Shown here: in pieces, positions 37,601 through 50,180 of the stretch
How the letters are laid out: the number at the start of each line of letters is the position of its first letter
Position numbering within the stretch: position 1 is the stretch's first letter
NCBI GenBank assembly: GCA_035084275.1
Contig: CM068757.1
Span: 2,790,001 to 2,854,000 of the forward strand
Origin: Hydrolagus colliei
Taxonomy: Eukaryota
Direction: 5' to 3'
DNA length: 64,000 nucleotides
Translations under genes and position numbers: made by a program
Notes under the pieces: model-generated
What the model was told of the DNA's origin: nothing
Databases searched by the model: none
The model's input: the letters and a program-made list of their open reading frames with translations, nothing else

Positions 37601-38703
37601 AAATAGTGATCCAACTATCCGACCAGTTCTATTGCAGGAAAGACACACAAGAACAATATACAGAGGTTAATTCATACTTGCAATTTGAATGTTAAGACAC
37701 AAAAGTGATTGTTATCTGACAAAAATTATTATCTTCCGAGTTGCTTTTGCAAGAGAGGATGGGAGGCATGGGGGATATTTGGGGTTTAATCTGAGGAATG
37801 TTGTGTCTCATGATATGTCAGAATTGATCTTTCTTCCAAAAAAGACCTCAGTAACGTTAGTTAAGTTTTATTGGATGTACAAAATATTCATTGAATAATG
37901 AATGATGGAATTAGATTAACATGAGGTATTGTTGAGTACTGCAGTTAATTATGAAGTACAGAACTGTATTTGATAAAACATGCAGTGAAAAAATATGTTT
38001 TCAGCGAGGAATTCTGTATTTGACACTAATTTCACTACTTGCTGTTTTATTTAATGCATTTTCCTGTGTGTTGACAAATACAATTTTTGCTGTCTATGTG
38101 CCTACATGTAATTGCCAACAAATATAGCCATAATGTATCACCTGTTGAAAAAGATTAGTTCATTATAAAGAAAATCAGTGACTGTATTTAATTTCAGAAT
38201 TTATATTAAAATATTCACCTTTTGACAACCAGTAAAGTAATGTTCAAACACGTAATAATTGCTTATACATTCACTAAGTGTGCCAAAGCTCTGTGAACTT
38301 CTTGAAAACCCCACAAGAAAACCCCCCACAGAGAAACAAGGAATGTTTCTGGATGTATATACAAGTATACTAAGATTACGTATTGCAAATTGTACAAGAG
38401 TTTGTGTGGCTTTATATCACCACTGGAGCTGACAAGGTGTTGCTCATTAAGAAATTATAATATTGCTGTTGCCTCCCAATGAAAACTAAGCCTTTTGCAT
38501 ACACATTCCTCACCCACATGGCATGCATGAACAACAACAATAACAAACAACAACAACATGAAGTGTTATCTGTAAAGCAATCTTGGGTTAGAGCTGAGGT
38601 ATCTGGTTGTTCAATGGACTCCCTTTCTAGGATGTTCAAGGATTTGACAGTGTCTCACTGCAAAAAAAAATGCAATTTAGGTCTGAAGATGTTTTTTCTA
38701 CCA

Positions 38704-39163
38704 TTCCAAGCTTCATGATCCCCATCTCCCCATCCTCGTCTGACTCCACTGGCTCCCTATCACCCAGAGGATTGAATTCAAGATCCTGATCCTCACCTTC
38801 AAAGCTCTCCATGTCCTCGCCCCATCCTAACTCTGCGACCTCCTAACCCCCTACCAACCTGCTCACCCCTTCTGCTCAGCAGGCCTGCTCCATGTCCCCC
38901 AGCCCAACCGGCCCACCATTGGCGGGTGAGCCTTCAGCGACGCTGCCCGCAAACTTCTGGAACTCTATCCCACAGTCCCTCCACCTTGTCCCCTCCTTAG
39001 CCTCCTTCAAGACCTGCCTCAAGACCCTCCTTTTCGACAGTCCCATCGGTCACCCCAAACCCCGTCCTGTCTTCAGCTCGGGTCTGAAACAATGACTGTC
39101 CAGTGCCTTGGGATGTCCTGCTGATGTGAAAGTCACTATACAAATGTAATTTTGTTGTTGTTG
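38704..39163 (+). mobile_element. L2 LINE 3' end (ORF2 C-terminus, UTR and (GTT)n tail)
   Basis: Degenerate ...LHWLPITQRIEFKILILTFKALH.LAP...NFWNSIP...LASFKTCLKTLLF, the L2 ORF2 terminal motif. Confidence 0.9.
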
Positions 39164-39717
39164 TTTTTCCACAAGTAGACAACTGCAATACAGTATTACT
39201 GTTTACCCGAGGAATTCTTTTCCGAGCGCAGTATCTAAAATTATGTTCTCTGCGAGAAAAACAGAAAGCTAAGAACAAGAGAATCATTAGAAAGACATAT
39301 GATAGCTACTTGTTGGAACACAACTGAATGTCTAACTATAAGTCTCACTTGGAACACATTGATAGCTAGACAGAGACTGGAAGAATCTCTTTTAATCTTT
39401 GTAATATTTTTGGAGAGTGCAATTTTTTTGCCCCAAAGCACCTTAGTTTCTTTCATTTTGCCACCTACCCGCCTCCCTTTTTTACAATGAAGAAAGCAGG
39501 AGAGTTCAAACTCCCAGCCAGTCAGCCAAACTAGTCCACGCTGTGATATTGCACCATGATTAGTAGGTTGGAGGTGTGATTGTAGTTAGGGAAGGCTGAT
39601 TTATAACCCTCATGAACTGGCAAAACCCTGTTGGGCAGACAAATGTTAACCTTGTGATACAGTAAACTCGACCATTGCATTATGAAACTGCCCAGTATTT
39701 CTCCATCAATTGTATAT

Positions 39718-39802
39718 TATACCTAGTATTATTACCTAGTATTACCTAGTAATACCTAGTAATTACTAGGTATTATTACCTAGTAATACTAGGTAATAAT
39801 AC
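39718..39802. repeat. Complex direct and inverted array of a ~10-nt unit (ACCTAGTA[A/T]T)
   Basis: Five forward and two inverted copies; perfect 26-nt palindrome at 39750-39775; inverted repeat with 16-nt arms at 39770-39802. Confidence 0.95.
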
Positions 39803-41584
39803 GTTAGCTCAATGAACTGATTGAAAAATACCACCATGTTCGAAGCATTAAATTCCAATAAAACATGCCAGATAAGAAGATAATTCAGAAAATCTTGAAA
39901 TTTAGAGCTGGAAAAATGTAACAATCAGCTTGAGAGTTCATGATGAATTTTAATAGAATTTGAATGAATAACTTTTTTTCAAAAAACGGTTATGTGTATA
40001 AATTTAAATTTCTTAAAGTACAACTGTGATGATAATCGATTATATCGTGACTTTTCTCTATTCTTCGTGCCTATCTATGTAGGTCAAATATGAGACTTAT
40101 ACATGGAAATGTGTTTTCATCATGATTAATTGTCTTAATTAACTCCTCAATTTCACTGCTATCTTTGTCGCCATCTCTCAGCAGGACACTCTTACTTACA
40201 GCTCAAACAGGACAAAAAACACAGAGCCTCTAAAGGTTGGAACTAATAGCACATCAAGGTAACATTCTGAATTCCCTCCACCAATTCATGCTATTCAATG
40301 TATTACAAGTCATTCCTGTAGGTGCATTCCGACCATCTCAATTCAACTGTACTTATTAACGATCAAACTAATCGACTGTTAATAATACGTTATACGTAAT
40401 ACATACACGGTGGCATTAATCATTGATCACTGCATTTATTATTTAGACTTTGTGCATTTTATTTATTATTCATTATTACTTTATGTGCGTTTACGTCCTT
40501 GTTAGTTGACACCTATTAAAGTAAAGGATGGGGTGCCTGGCCTACTGCGTTGGACCATTAACTATTGACATTTTAGTTCCGGGATTGAAATCCAAAGCAT
40601 ACAAATGGAATGAAAGTGTCTTCACTCTGAAATACCACAATGATTCCAACTCGAATGCGATCCGTCTGTCTCGATCTTGATCTCAATCTCTCTCAGTACT
40701 TGAATCGGAAACACAACCGCTCTTTCAGTGGCACACATTGAAATCACATTCATCTTGTCCCGATCATTCATTCTTCTGTTCAAACAAAATGGGCTTCTTA
40801 TTTCATGTCATCGAAGCCACTGTTCTGGGGAAGATGCAACAAAAGGAATGGCTTAGAGGTGGCATATTCCAAAGTGGTCATTTTTCAATGATGTAGTTCA
40901 GTCTAGTCAGCCAGTGAATAACATTTGCTTGTCGCGAGCCACCTGAAAAGATTATTATTAGTTTGTAACTTCTGTTTTCTCTTTTTTCTTCCATTTTCAC
41001 AAAGCACAAGTATTTCATTTGAACTTCTCTGCACAGTTCACACAATCAAACGAGTACAAGCACAATTGACCACAAAGCTTTCTGCAAACTGCTAACATTT
41101 CTGCCATATCTATGTACATTTATAATATATAATATATATATATTTTGGCGAGTTTTTTGAAAAAATCTAACTTTGCTTAAGCCTGTCTGAAAGAGTTGTT
41201 TTCAATTTAATTGAGATTTATCTCATAGAATTATATAGCACAGAACACAAGGAGTTAACTAATCTTATCCCAATTCTCCGTTACTTCTCTGTACCCATCT
41301 GTTTTGTCCCTTATCAAATTTCTTCCAGGGGTATATCTTAATTGTATTTAATTTTGTTTTAAATGATTTCTCCAGGAAAAAAACAATATAACTTTTTAAA
41401 TCCTTTAACAGGACAAATGAACACCGCAAGTTATTTGAGGTAGAAAAGCATTTATTAATAAATTGTGAGGTATAAAGTGATCAAAATGGATTTTTGCAAA
41501 CTGTCAAATCTTGTCACTGTAAACTCAAAAAAATGTGGTTATATTGCATCTTCCTCCCATCAAGTTTGAGGGTCTATTCTGTAG

Positions 41585-41735
41585 CTATAGAATGATACAA
41601 ATTATAGCACAAGAGGAGCCAATTTTAGCCTGTCGAGTCTGTGACTTACCGGAGCTAACTACTCTAATCCCAATTCTTTCTCTGCACCCATCTATGTTGT
41701 TCCTCATCAGATGTCTATCCACTTACATTTCTGAT
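41585..41735 (-). mobile_element. CR1-type 3' tail remnant (a second related copy lies at about 41225-41320)
   Basis: atagaat...tatagcacaagaggagccaattttagcctgtcgagtctgtg...atcccaattct...cccatct, shared between the two copies. Confidence 0.55.
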
Positions 41736-42364
41736 TAAAAAAAACATTGCCTCTTTTAATAACTAACATTATTGTATGTATCATTTCCCTGTAAAGTGGA
41801 CACTGTCACAGCTGATCAGTGTTCACTTGTGATGAATCTCCATAGCTCCCTCTTTAAGCAGCATATGAAGGAGGTTCATCTAACATTGTTCCTGTTCAGC
41901 AGCAGTGTGTAATATCTTTCATAAAATACACTCATCAACTAGAATATCCTGACATTCACTTCAGGCAAAGGAGAGACTGAATTATTTCACATACATTAAT
42001 AACTTTTACAATAATAACAAGAAGTGTAGAAGGGGGACAGGTATAATAAATGTATTTTGCTTGGCAAGTGGAGAAGCTATACTAAGATTTTAATACACCT
42101 CTTCCACATGATGTATATCACAGACAAAATCCTATCACAATGTTTGACTTGTATCAAGAATACCCTCGGGTTCTGATGCTTGCTTGATGGTTGGACATGT
42201 AATTAAATCATTTATAAAACAAAATAAATTAAAATACAGCCTTATCTTATTATCATAAATTTATAGGACTAAATGATTAATCTTTCTGAGCTTGAGATCT
42301 TTCACCAACGGCAGTAAACTAAAGCTGTCATTAACTTGTGCAAATATTTGCTCTCAGAAGTTGG

Positions 42365-42828
42365 TTCCAAATTCCATGATCCCATCTCCCTCATCCTTGC
42401 CCGACTCCATTGGAGAGGATCCAATTCCAGATCCTGGTCCTCACATTTAAAGCCCTCCACAACCTAGTCCCATCCTACATCCGTGACCTCCTATCCCCTT
42501 ACCAACCTGCCCACCCCCTCCATTCAGCAGGCCCTGGCCTGCTCCATGTCCCCCTACCCACCCGCCCCACCATTGGCAGGTGAGCCTTCAGCCAATCTGC
42601 CCCCCAACCTCTAGAACTCCATCCCGAAGTCCCTCCACCTCGCCCCCTCCCTAGCCTCCTTCCAGTCTCGCCTCAAGACTCCTCTTCGATGATCCCATCA
42701 GCAACTCCTTCCCCCTCCCCCCCCCACAGCCCCTGTCCTCAGTTCAGGTCTGAATCAATAACGGTCCAGTGCCTTGGTATGTCCTCCTGACGTGAAAGGC
42801 GCTATACAAATATAATTTTGTTGGTGTT
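42365..42828 (+). mobile_element. L2 LINE 3' end
   Basis: Colinear with 38704-39163 over its whole length, including the tail gtgccttggtatgtcctcctgacgtgaaaggcgctatacaaat. Confidence 0.9.
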
Positions 42829-43188
42829 AATAGCCAAGTAACACAACATTCAATGCTTTAGAAGGTAACAGGGCATAAAGTGTGAAACAAAAGAAAGCTA
42901 ATTAAACTCGCTCCTTTCAACAGACCATGTACAGTTTGCTCCATCATCGATTCTTTCCAATTCATCTCATCTCCTGAGGGCGGGGGGGAAAAAAATATCA
43001 CCAGTTATGTCTCTCCCTGATTGTAATAAACTGTCACCCAAGATCCTCATCAATGCATTTCAATTTGCATTCTCTCAACCCGACAAATTGCATTCAAATG
43101 GCATTTGTATAGTCTTAACAGGTTGATTGTGCCGATAAGGATTTGATCAACACTGCTTAATTATCTCTGTAAATATTAAGCTAATGTA

Positions 43189-43902
43189 CAATAATAAGCC
43201 TTGCATTTGATATAGAGCTTTTCACGTCTTCTAGGCGTCTCAAAGCGCTTCACAGAATATACTGTGAAGTGAATTGACTGAATATTTTGTGGGCAAAACA
43301 CAACAACAACAACACCAACAACTATGATTTATGTAGCGCCCTCCACGCCGGACGGCATCTCAGAGCACTTCACAGTAGCGGATCCCGGGACCCAGTCAGG
43401 GGCAGGGGTAGAAAGGTGACCAAAGGCGTGATCGAAGAGAAAGGTCTTCAGCTGGGACCTGAAACTGAGAAAAGAGGGGGCAAGGCGAAGATAGTGAGGA
43501 AGGGAATTCCAGAGCCTCGGGGCATAAAGGCTGAAGGCACGGCCGCCGAGGGTGGAGCGGAGGATTCGGGGGACATGGAGGAGACCAGAACCGGTGGAGC
43601 GAAGGCAACGGGAGCTGGTTTGAGGAGAGAGGAGGTCAGAGAGGTAGAGGGGTGCAGAGGAGTGGAGGGATTTGAAAACAAGGGTGAGGATCTTGAAGTC
43701 GATCCTCTCAGGGATAGGGAGCCAGTGAATTCTGGCAAGGACAGTCGTGGATTGCAATGACCAATGATTTATTATTGTTGTTTTGAGAGATTATTATCAG
43801 GCTTGCGTAGTTATGGAAACTTGCCCAAAGTTTCTCCCTGCCTGGAATCCAACTCAGGTCTCATGCTTGCAAGGTAAGTCGAACCACTGAGCTACTGGGC
43901 TC
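43189..43902 (-). mobile_element. SINE split by a nested L2 (SINE parts 43189-43300 and 43741-43902)
   Basis: Both flanks align to consecutive parts of the intact copy at 58241-58525. Confidence 0.85.
43301..43740 (-). mobile_element. L2 LINE 3' end with open ORF2 C-terminal frame, nested in a SINE
   Basis: ORF track 43329..43757(-): LARIHWLPIPERIDFKILTLVFKSLH..AP.YLSDLL...LRS...L.VPR...GGRAFS..APRLWNSLP..LR.A.S..SFRSQLKTFLF; (GTT)n tail. Confidence 0.92.
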
Positions 43903-44163
43903 GACCAGTTATTCAGCCTTATTCTGATCCCGCTCACAGAGAATTTGTAACCAGGGTCATAATGCAATATGCAAAGCAAGACTCACCTCCATCAATCTCA
44001 CATGTGCTCAATACAGCAAACGTATGCAGTAATTTTTGTTTGCAAAGACAGAAGCCAGTTGGCCCTTCTTGGCCACTGTTGCTTGTGTTTTGTTTCTCCA
44101 AAATTACACCCTTTCTTCATTAATTCCACCTTCCAGCTGTTTTACCATATCCCTGGATGCTTT

Positions 44164-44180
44164 CCCCCCCCCCCCCCCCC
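44164..44180. repeat. Poly(C)17 tract
   Basis: Direct reading of the sequence. Confidence 0.9.
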
Positions 44181-45179
44181 TGCTCATTTGCTTATCCAGT
44201 TTCCTTCTGAGCAATTGTGTTGCTGTACTTTGGCTGAAGGTGGGAGGCGAATGTCTCTTCTGAATGAAAGGAAACAAATTTATGGCTTGACTTTGGTGGT
44301 TTGCTTCACTCTTGGAAGATAGCATCAATCCTCTGACATGAAGATCTAAAGCCCAATTTATTTCTATTGTGCAGAGTCACAAATAAAAGAAAAGAGAATA
44401 AAAAGGGAACTGCTTGTAAATTTAAAAAAGGAGCCACAGTTAAACCATTCCGCTGTGTATTAACTCCTGCCCTTTTAGATTAGATCTGCTAGATATCTGA
44501 GTGGTGATCAAAGCCTACAGTTAATGGGAAATGAACAAGGTGAGATCTGTTCAGACCAACCCCTGTACTAATGCCTACAATATGTGGTGGGCTCATAACT
44601 ATCTTCACATCTGCAATCTTTTCGATCTAAACATGCTTTGCCAGTTGTACAACAATACGATCAAAATCTCATAATGTTCTGAGGCCATGCTTGAAAAAGG
44701 AAAAGTCGAGGGAACAAAAAAATTAAATCACATATTTCAATGTGGCCCGACATGTTCTTTGAAAAATCCTGCACAATGAAATGCCAAAATTTACATTTTG
44801 AATGCAAGAGGTGTTACCAGACTGGAAGCAGTTGAAACTACAAAAAAAAAGGTTGGATGCTTGAACAATTAGCTTGTGTGTGTTGTGCGTGTAAAAGAAA
44901 ATGAACCTCAGGTTTCATTGTTCATTTGCCAGGAAGGGTTGTAACTGCTCCACAATGAAACTCCTGGCAGCCAAACATATATTTAAAAAAAACAATATTT
45001 CAACCTCCTGACACATGCCTGTCTTTTGTACCAAACAAAACACTGTAAATTCATGATATTGTGGCAACCCCCATCCTTCCTTCTGTCAGGGGCAACACTT
45101 GAGAGTTGCCAAGAGTCTACAAAGCCCTGCAGTATGATGGAGTGATACTGTAGCAGCGATGGGTGGTCACTTGAATGAC

Positions 45180-45305
45180 AGGTGGCATTCACCCACAAAA
45201 ATATACAGTCAATTCACTTTACGGCGGTATATCCTGTGAAGTATTTTGAGATGCCTAAACAATGCGATAAGACGCTATATCAAATGCAAGGTCTATTATG
45301 ATTAA
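45180..45305 (+). mobile_element. SINE 3' fragment
   Basis: cccacaaaaatatacagtcaattcactttac...gacgctatatcaaatgcaagg. Confidence 0.85.
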
Positions 45306-46838
45306 TGAAAAAGACACTCAGCAAGAAGGGTCAGAAGGTGAATTTGTCTGCAAACTGGTTTCCGTGTTCTGATCATTTTTAGTAACTGTTTGAATTAAAA
45401 AAATAAACGAGAGACACTTGTTGTCATAGACGCATATGACCAATGTTTTATCCTGTGGTCGTCAATCCATTAAATGGCATCAAATACCACGAGATAGATC
45501 TTTACTGCACATGAATTTTATTTCCAATTTTCCACTGTCTGGCTACACAATCAATTAATTCACACAAAATCTCAAGCCAGTATTATATTGTATGAACTCT
45601 GATGAACAATTCATGGAAACACAAATACCCAATGAAAGTCTTAAAATATCATGGGATGGAGAATTTAATAAGGCAATGACATAAGTTAGTATGTGGACCA
45701 TTTCAACTTTAATGGAAGGTTGCGTATAAATGCTTCTCCGTCAAAGTCTGCTAATCTTCATTTAGTGACCAATTCCCCAAAGTCTTGAATTTCAAACTTT
45801 ATTGGGAGATAGTTAGAGAACAGTAGGCATCTGCTTAGAATAATTTATTAGGCATTATGTAGCTGATCTAACCATTAAGCTAAAATAGCATGAAGTGTAA
45901 ATTAAAATCAATTACTAAATAAGTGTTTTACACCTACTAAATTTTACTACTGTACTAAGAAGTTGAAAAAAAATCTGGAACATTACTCTACACCTGAGCA
46001 TTCAGCTATTTATCAGTACCTTTGAAAATGGGTCAGAAAATGGGCACATTTTAAACAGCGCTTAATGTGGTTTCACCGACTTCAATAAACTTCACAGGCA
46101 AAGTAGCACAGAGAGAGGAAAAGTAATAATACATGCCATCCATCATAGAAATCCTTAATGTCAAGATTATTCAGAAATCAAGATGTTTCACTCCTCCCAA
46201 AAAAAAATGTTATGCATGTAAACAGTGAATAATGGAAAGAGAAAATATGTAACTTGAAAAAGAATCAAAATATTATTCAATGTCTAGCAATGTCATTTGA
46301 ATGGCCTATTTCATCATGTTGCTTCACTGGGTGAAACAACCTCGTGATGGCCACTTGATGAAGTAACATGTCACAGCAGGGTGAAAAATAGTGGGATCAT
46401 TGACTTTGAAATTGAAGTAATGATAGCAAGTGTGAAATCAGACCTAGAAACATATTTTGTGACCTAGGGTTAAACCTTGCAATCTCCTATCAAGCAATAG
46501 AATCCATCAATGAAACTGAAAACAAACACACGGATTTTGCACCGAGAGTGATCAAAAGCATTATTGCTCTAAATAATAGATCAAAAGGGTTATTGCTGTA
46601 TTTTCACCAAATGCTGTGAGGCCATTTGCAACAATCAGGTAAAGTTATTGAATGTGATACAATGCTAGAATAACATGCCAGATGTAAAATAATAATAATT
46701 AATGATTAGATGTGAAATAAAACATCCAACAATTAAATTATTAATTAATATTATTCGGTGTAACACAGTAATATTCCAGGTGTAAAATAATAAAAATAAA
46801 ATCAATATAGATATACAGTACTGTATAATGCAGATTTT

Positions 46839-47105
46839 GGAATCCTATAGCTCAGTGGATAGAGCACTCACCTCTTGCAAGCGAGAGACCTGGGTTAAAT
46901 TTCAGGTTTGTCAGGGCAAAACCTTGTGCAAGTTTCCTTACTTCACACGCCTAATAATAATCCCTCAAAAAAAACAATAATAATTTGGTCATTTCAATCC
47001 ACGACTGTTTGTGGGACATTGCTATGTGCAATTGATTGCTGCATTTTGCTCACAAATGAGCTATATCAAATGCAAGGATTATTTTATTTTAATTTTTTAT
47101 TATTA
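46839..47105 (+). mobile_element. tRNA-derived SINE with internal deletion near the tail
   Basis: Head tagctcagtggatagagcactc...gagacctgggtt, then accttgtgcaagtttccttac, Deu-like body and tail atcaaatgcaaggatt. Confidence 0.85.
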
Positions 47106-48057
47106 GTTACAAACTGATGGGCAGCTGTGGCTCCTGACGCCTGCTGTTCAGATCACAGATTTCAATCAAGGGAATGATTCAATTGACACACACGTTTGAT
47201 TTAAATGAATCATCTGTACAATCTAACTCAATTCAATTAAATAGGTTTGATTCGAATAAAAATAATGGGAGAAAAATCACTGTTTGAACAATTAAAATGG
47301 GTTATGTGATTACATGTCATGTCATTAAGTGATTATTTTAACTGTCTCCAAGGGAAACAATTGTTGGGGTTTGGCTTGAAATAGATGCTGCATCCTATAC
47401 AGAAACCAAAGGCATCTGCTCCTGAAAAAAAAACATTTTTTATGAAGGCATTTAATGTGTTTTCTTTGTTGGGATGGATCATGTAAATAGACTGATGCAG
47501 CAATCACATTAGGTTCTTATTTAAGTCACCGCATTAGATTTATCTGCCTTCAAAAAGCCTTCAGCTGCCATCAGGTTTCACTGTAATGTATATTCGCCAC
47601 AGGAATGGATGGGATAGTGTGAGTATAACTGTTATTTTCTTCCACCGATCCGTGGGTCGTCTCCTTAAGATCCTAATTTAAAGCAAAACCTTTCTCATGC
47701 TGCATAAGAGAGTGGGCTCTGGGTATATTGAATTCAGTGGTTAGACCTTGGAGTTCACGAAAGCCTCTCTTCAAACATTGTTGAACAACAGTACGATCGT
47801 AAGCTAATTAGAGACAATGAATTGATGGATTTGAACCTGCAGAGTGGAGCTCCGCTCACCCCTCATCATTAAGACATCCTATCCTATTGCAGAAACCATA
47901 TACTGTATAACACACCATTTCTTACTGCAACACATTACAATGCAACACAATACAAAATTTACATTTGTATGGTGACATTTCATGTTGGGAAGACATCCCA
48001 AGGCACTGACAGTATCTAAATATAATCATAGCAATAGGACCCAGAACACCTCGAAAC

Positions 48058-48244
48058 ACTGACTATATTTTGTGGGCACAACAGTGTCCCACAAACAATC
48101 ATGGATTTAGTGACCAATTTTTATATAAGGGATTATTACTCCATATTGCTAAGGAAACTTGGCCAATGTTTCGCCCTATCGGGAATTGAACCCAGGTCTC
48201 TCACTTGCGAGGAAAGTGCTCTAACCACTGAACTACCGGACTCC
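48058..48244 (-). mobile_element. tRNA-derived SINE (head and body)
   Basis: Reverse complement GGAGTCCGGTAGTTCAGTGGTTAGAGCAC...GAGACCTGGGTTCAATTCCC; an L2 tail fragment lies adjacent at about 47945-48012. Confidence 0.85.
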
Positions 48245-48464
48245 ATAAAATTGAATTATTCACCCACTTTCTCTTAACACTGACCCCTTCTATCAGTGCA
48301 TCGATTGCCTCAACTATACGACAGATTCAGAATCAGTGGAATGGTGCGAGGAGGATTGCTCAGTTCTGTGGCCTGCCTTTAACCAGGTCTGTGTTAGGCG
48401 ACTGCTGGCTCTGCATGCTCACCTGTGTACATGCTCCGATCTCTCCTTAGAGCTCATCCCTGTG

Positions 48465-48770
48465 CCATCGTCTGTGGCACTGTTTGAAAGAGAAAGGGAG
48501 GGGTGAAGGGACTTTCTCTTCTTGTCTCCCAACCAACAAATCCCCCAAATAAAATTGGTCGCTCATTCTATGGCTGTTTTGTGGGACATTGCAACTGGCT
48601 GCCCACAATTTGGGTTATGAACTAACAAAGCGTTTCACCCACAAAAGAAGATAGTTACTCCACTTCAAATGTGTATGCCGTGAAGCGTTTGGGGACCTCG
48701 TGATGGTGTGATCGGTGCTGTATCCAACGCAATGATTATGATGGCTTTTATTATTAGCATTATTATTATT
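48465..48770 (+). mobile_element. Old Deu-type SINE remnant
   Basis: tggcactgtttgaaagagaaaggg...ttggtcgctcattctatggctgttttgtgggacattgc...gtgaagcgtttggggacc...(ATT)n. Confidence 0.6.
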
Positions 48771-49286
48771 TCCCACCTCGTTGGACATTTTTACCACAAG
48801 TGAAGACTGCCAAATCTTTACGCCAATGGAGTAAGAACCCGCTGGTGCCTCCAGAAGATTGACAGGTAGATGTACAGCCGTTTTCCTATCAGTGAGATCA
48901 CAGTTTGGGAGCCACTTTGAATCACCAGTAAACGGCTCAAACGTAAGTGTAGTTCCACCGCTGTAATATTGAACCTAAACGACTTAATAAATATTAAAAC
49001 GCAATTTCAAATGCTATATGTGTCCTGGGATTATTTCTTCTTTTGTTCTTTCTTACAGAACTGCAGACAAGACAAGACAATGAGCAGTGGGCCCACAACC
49101 TAGTAGGAGTTTGCACCTTGAAAAGTCTTTGCTGGTGCTTTCTACCTTTTGCCTTTTCTTGTCTCGTCCGATACAGTTAGATTTGCATTCCTCCCAAGAA
49201 AACTGTATTTATCTCGCATTCAAGCATTTTCACGGAAAGAAAACAACATTTCTGGTGGTGAATTTATTTAACTGTGAGTATTTAAT

Positions 49287-49389
49287 ATCAGGCAGTTAAT
49301 CAGCCTTTAACTGGATATATAAAATGATAATAATATTATTATAATATTATTATATATTCAAAATCAGGCAGTTAATCAGCCTTTAACTG
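49287..49389. repeat. 27-nt perfect direct repeat flanking a 49-nt AT-rich spacer
   Basis: ATCAGGCAGTTAATCAGCCTTTAACTG at 49287-49313 and 49363-49389. Confidence 0.95.
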
Positions 49390-50029
49390 TTATGTTTCAG
49401 CAAACGTGTGTGAGTGTGCGGGGGTGGGGTGTGTGTATGTTACTTTACCCTCTGGCCTGTTATTTTTGCAGCCCAGGTCTCTGCAGATTTTTAGCAGTGC
49501 AGATTTGTCTCCCACCATCTTCTTGCTTGTGATCTCTGCAGTGAATTAAAAAAACATGACCCCATCTTTACTTCCAGCAGTGACACCATCTCCCCAGCTT
49601 GGGATTCACACTTCTCCAGTTGCTTTCCTGTCTTCCTGCTTACATTTTCCCTCAAGAGTCCATCATGATGGCTTTCTTTAGGGTAGTTAAGTGCTCTCGC
49701 ATTAACTCATATGTGATTTTTCCACTCCAGTGAGATGTTTGAGACTGATGGTATGGGCAAGGTATCCTCTGCTGTACTCTATAAATAAGGAACTGGGGAT
49801 TTTAGAATACCCCAAAATTTAGAGTGCATCACTGCTGGCAAAGACCGATTGTTCCACCTATAGCTAAAGGTATTATAGTTGAACTGGATTGTGAAAGCAT
49901 TGGTGAATAAATTACCTCGAAGAATATCACAAAACACCGTAAAGCTTTATTTATTTGAATGCATTAGCTTGCGGTGACGTGAGATGGTGTCATAACGCAC
50001 CAGACAGTCAAGCTTGACAACTCTACTTC

Positions 50030-50180
50030 ATGATAATATTAATCCGTGCATTTGACATCGCGCCTTATCACATCTTCAAGGCATCTCAAAGCGCTTCACA
50101 GAAGGTACTGTAAAGTTATTTGGTGAGGTAAATGCAGCAGGCAATTGCGCACAGCGGTGTCCCACAAACAGTCATGACAT
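50030..50180 (-). mobile_element. SINE 3' half
   Basis: tgcatttgacatcgcgccttatcacatc...ctcaaagcgcttcacag...gcaattgcgcacagcggtgtcccacaaacagtc. Confidence 0.85.

Noticed and set aside
43287-43760. Overlapping 142-157 aa ORFs as host genes
   Set aside because: The minus-strand frame is an L2 ORF2 C-terminus; the others are its antisense or alternative frames.
49287-49389. CRISPR-like repeat-spacer-repeat
   Set aside because: Only two repeats with a low-complexity spacer, in vertebrate DNA with no cas genes.
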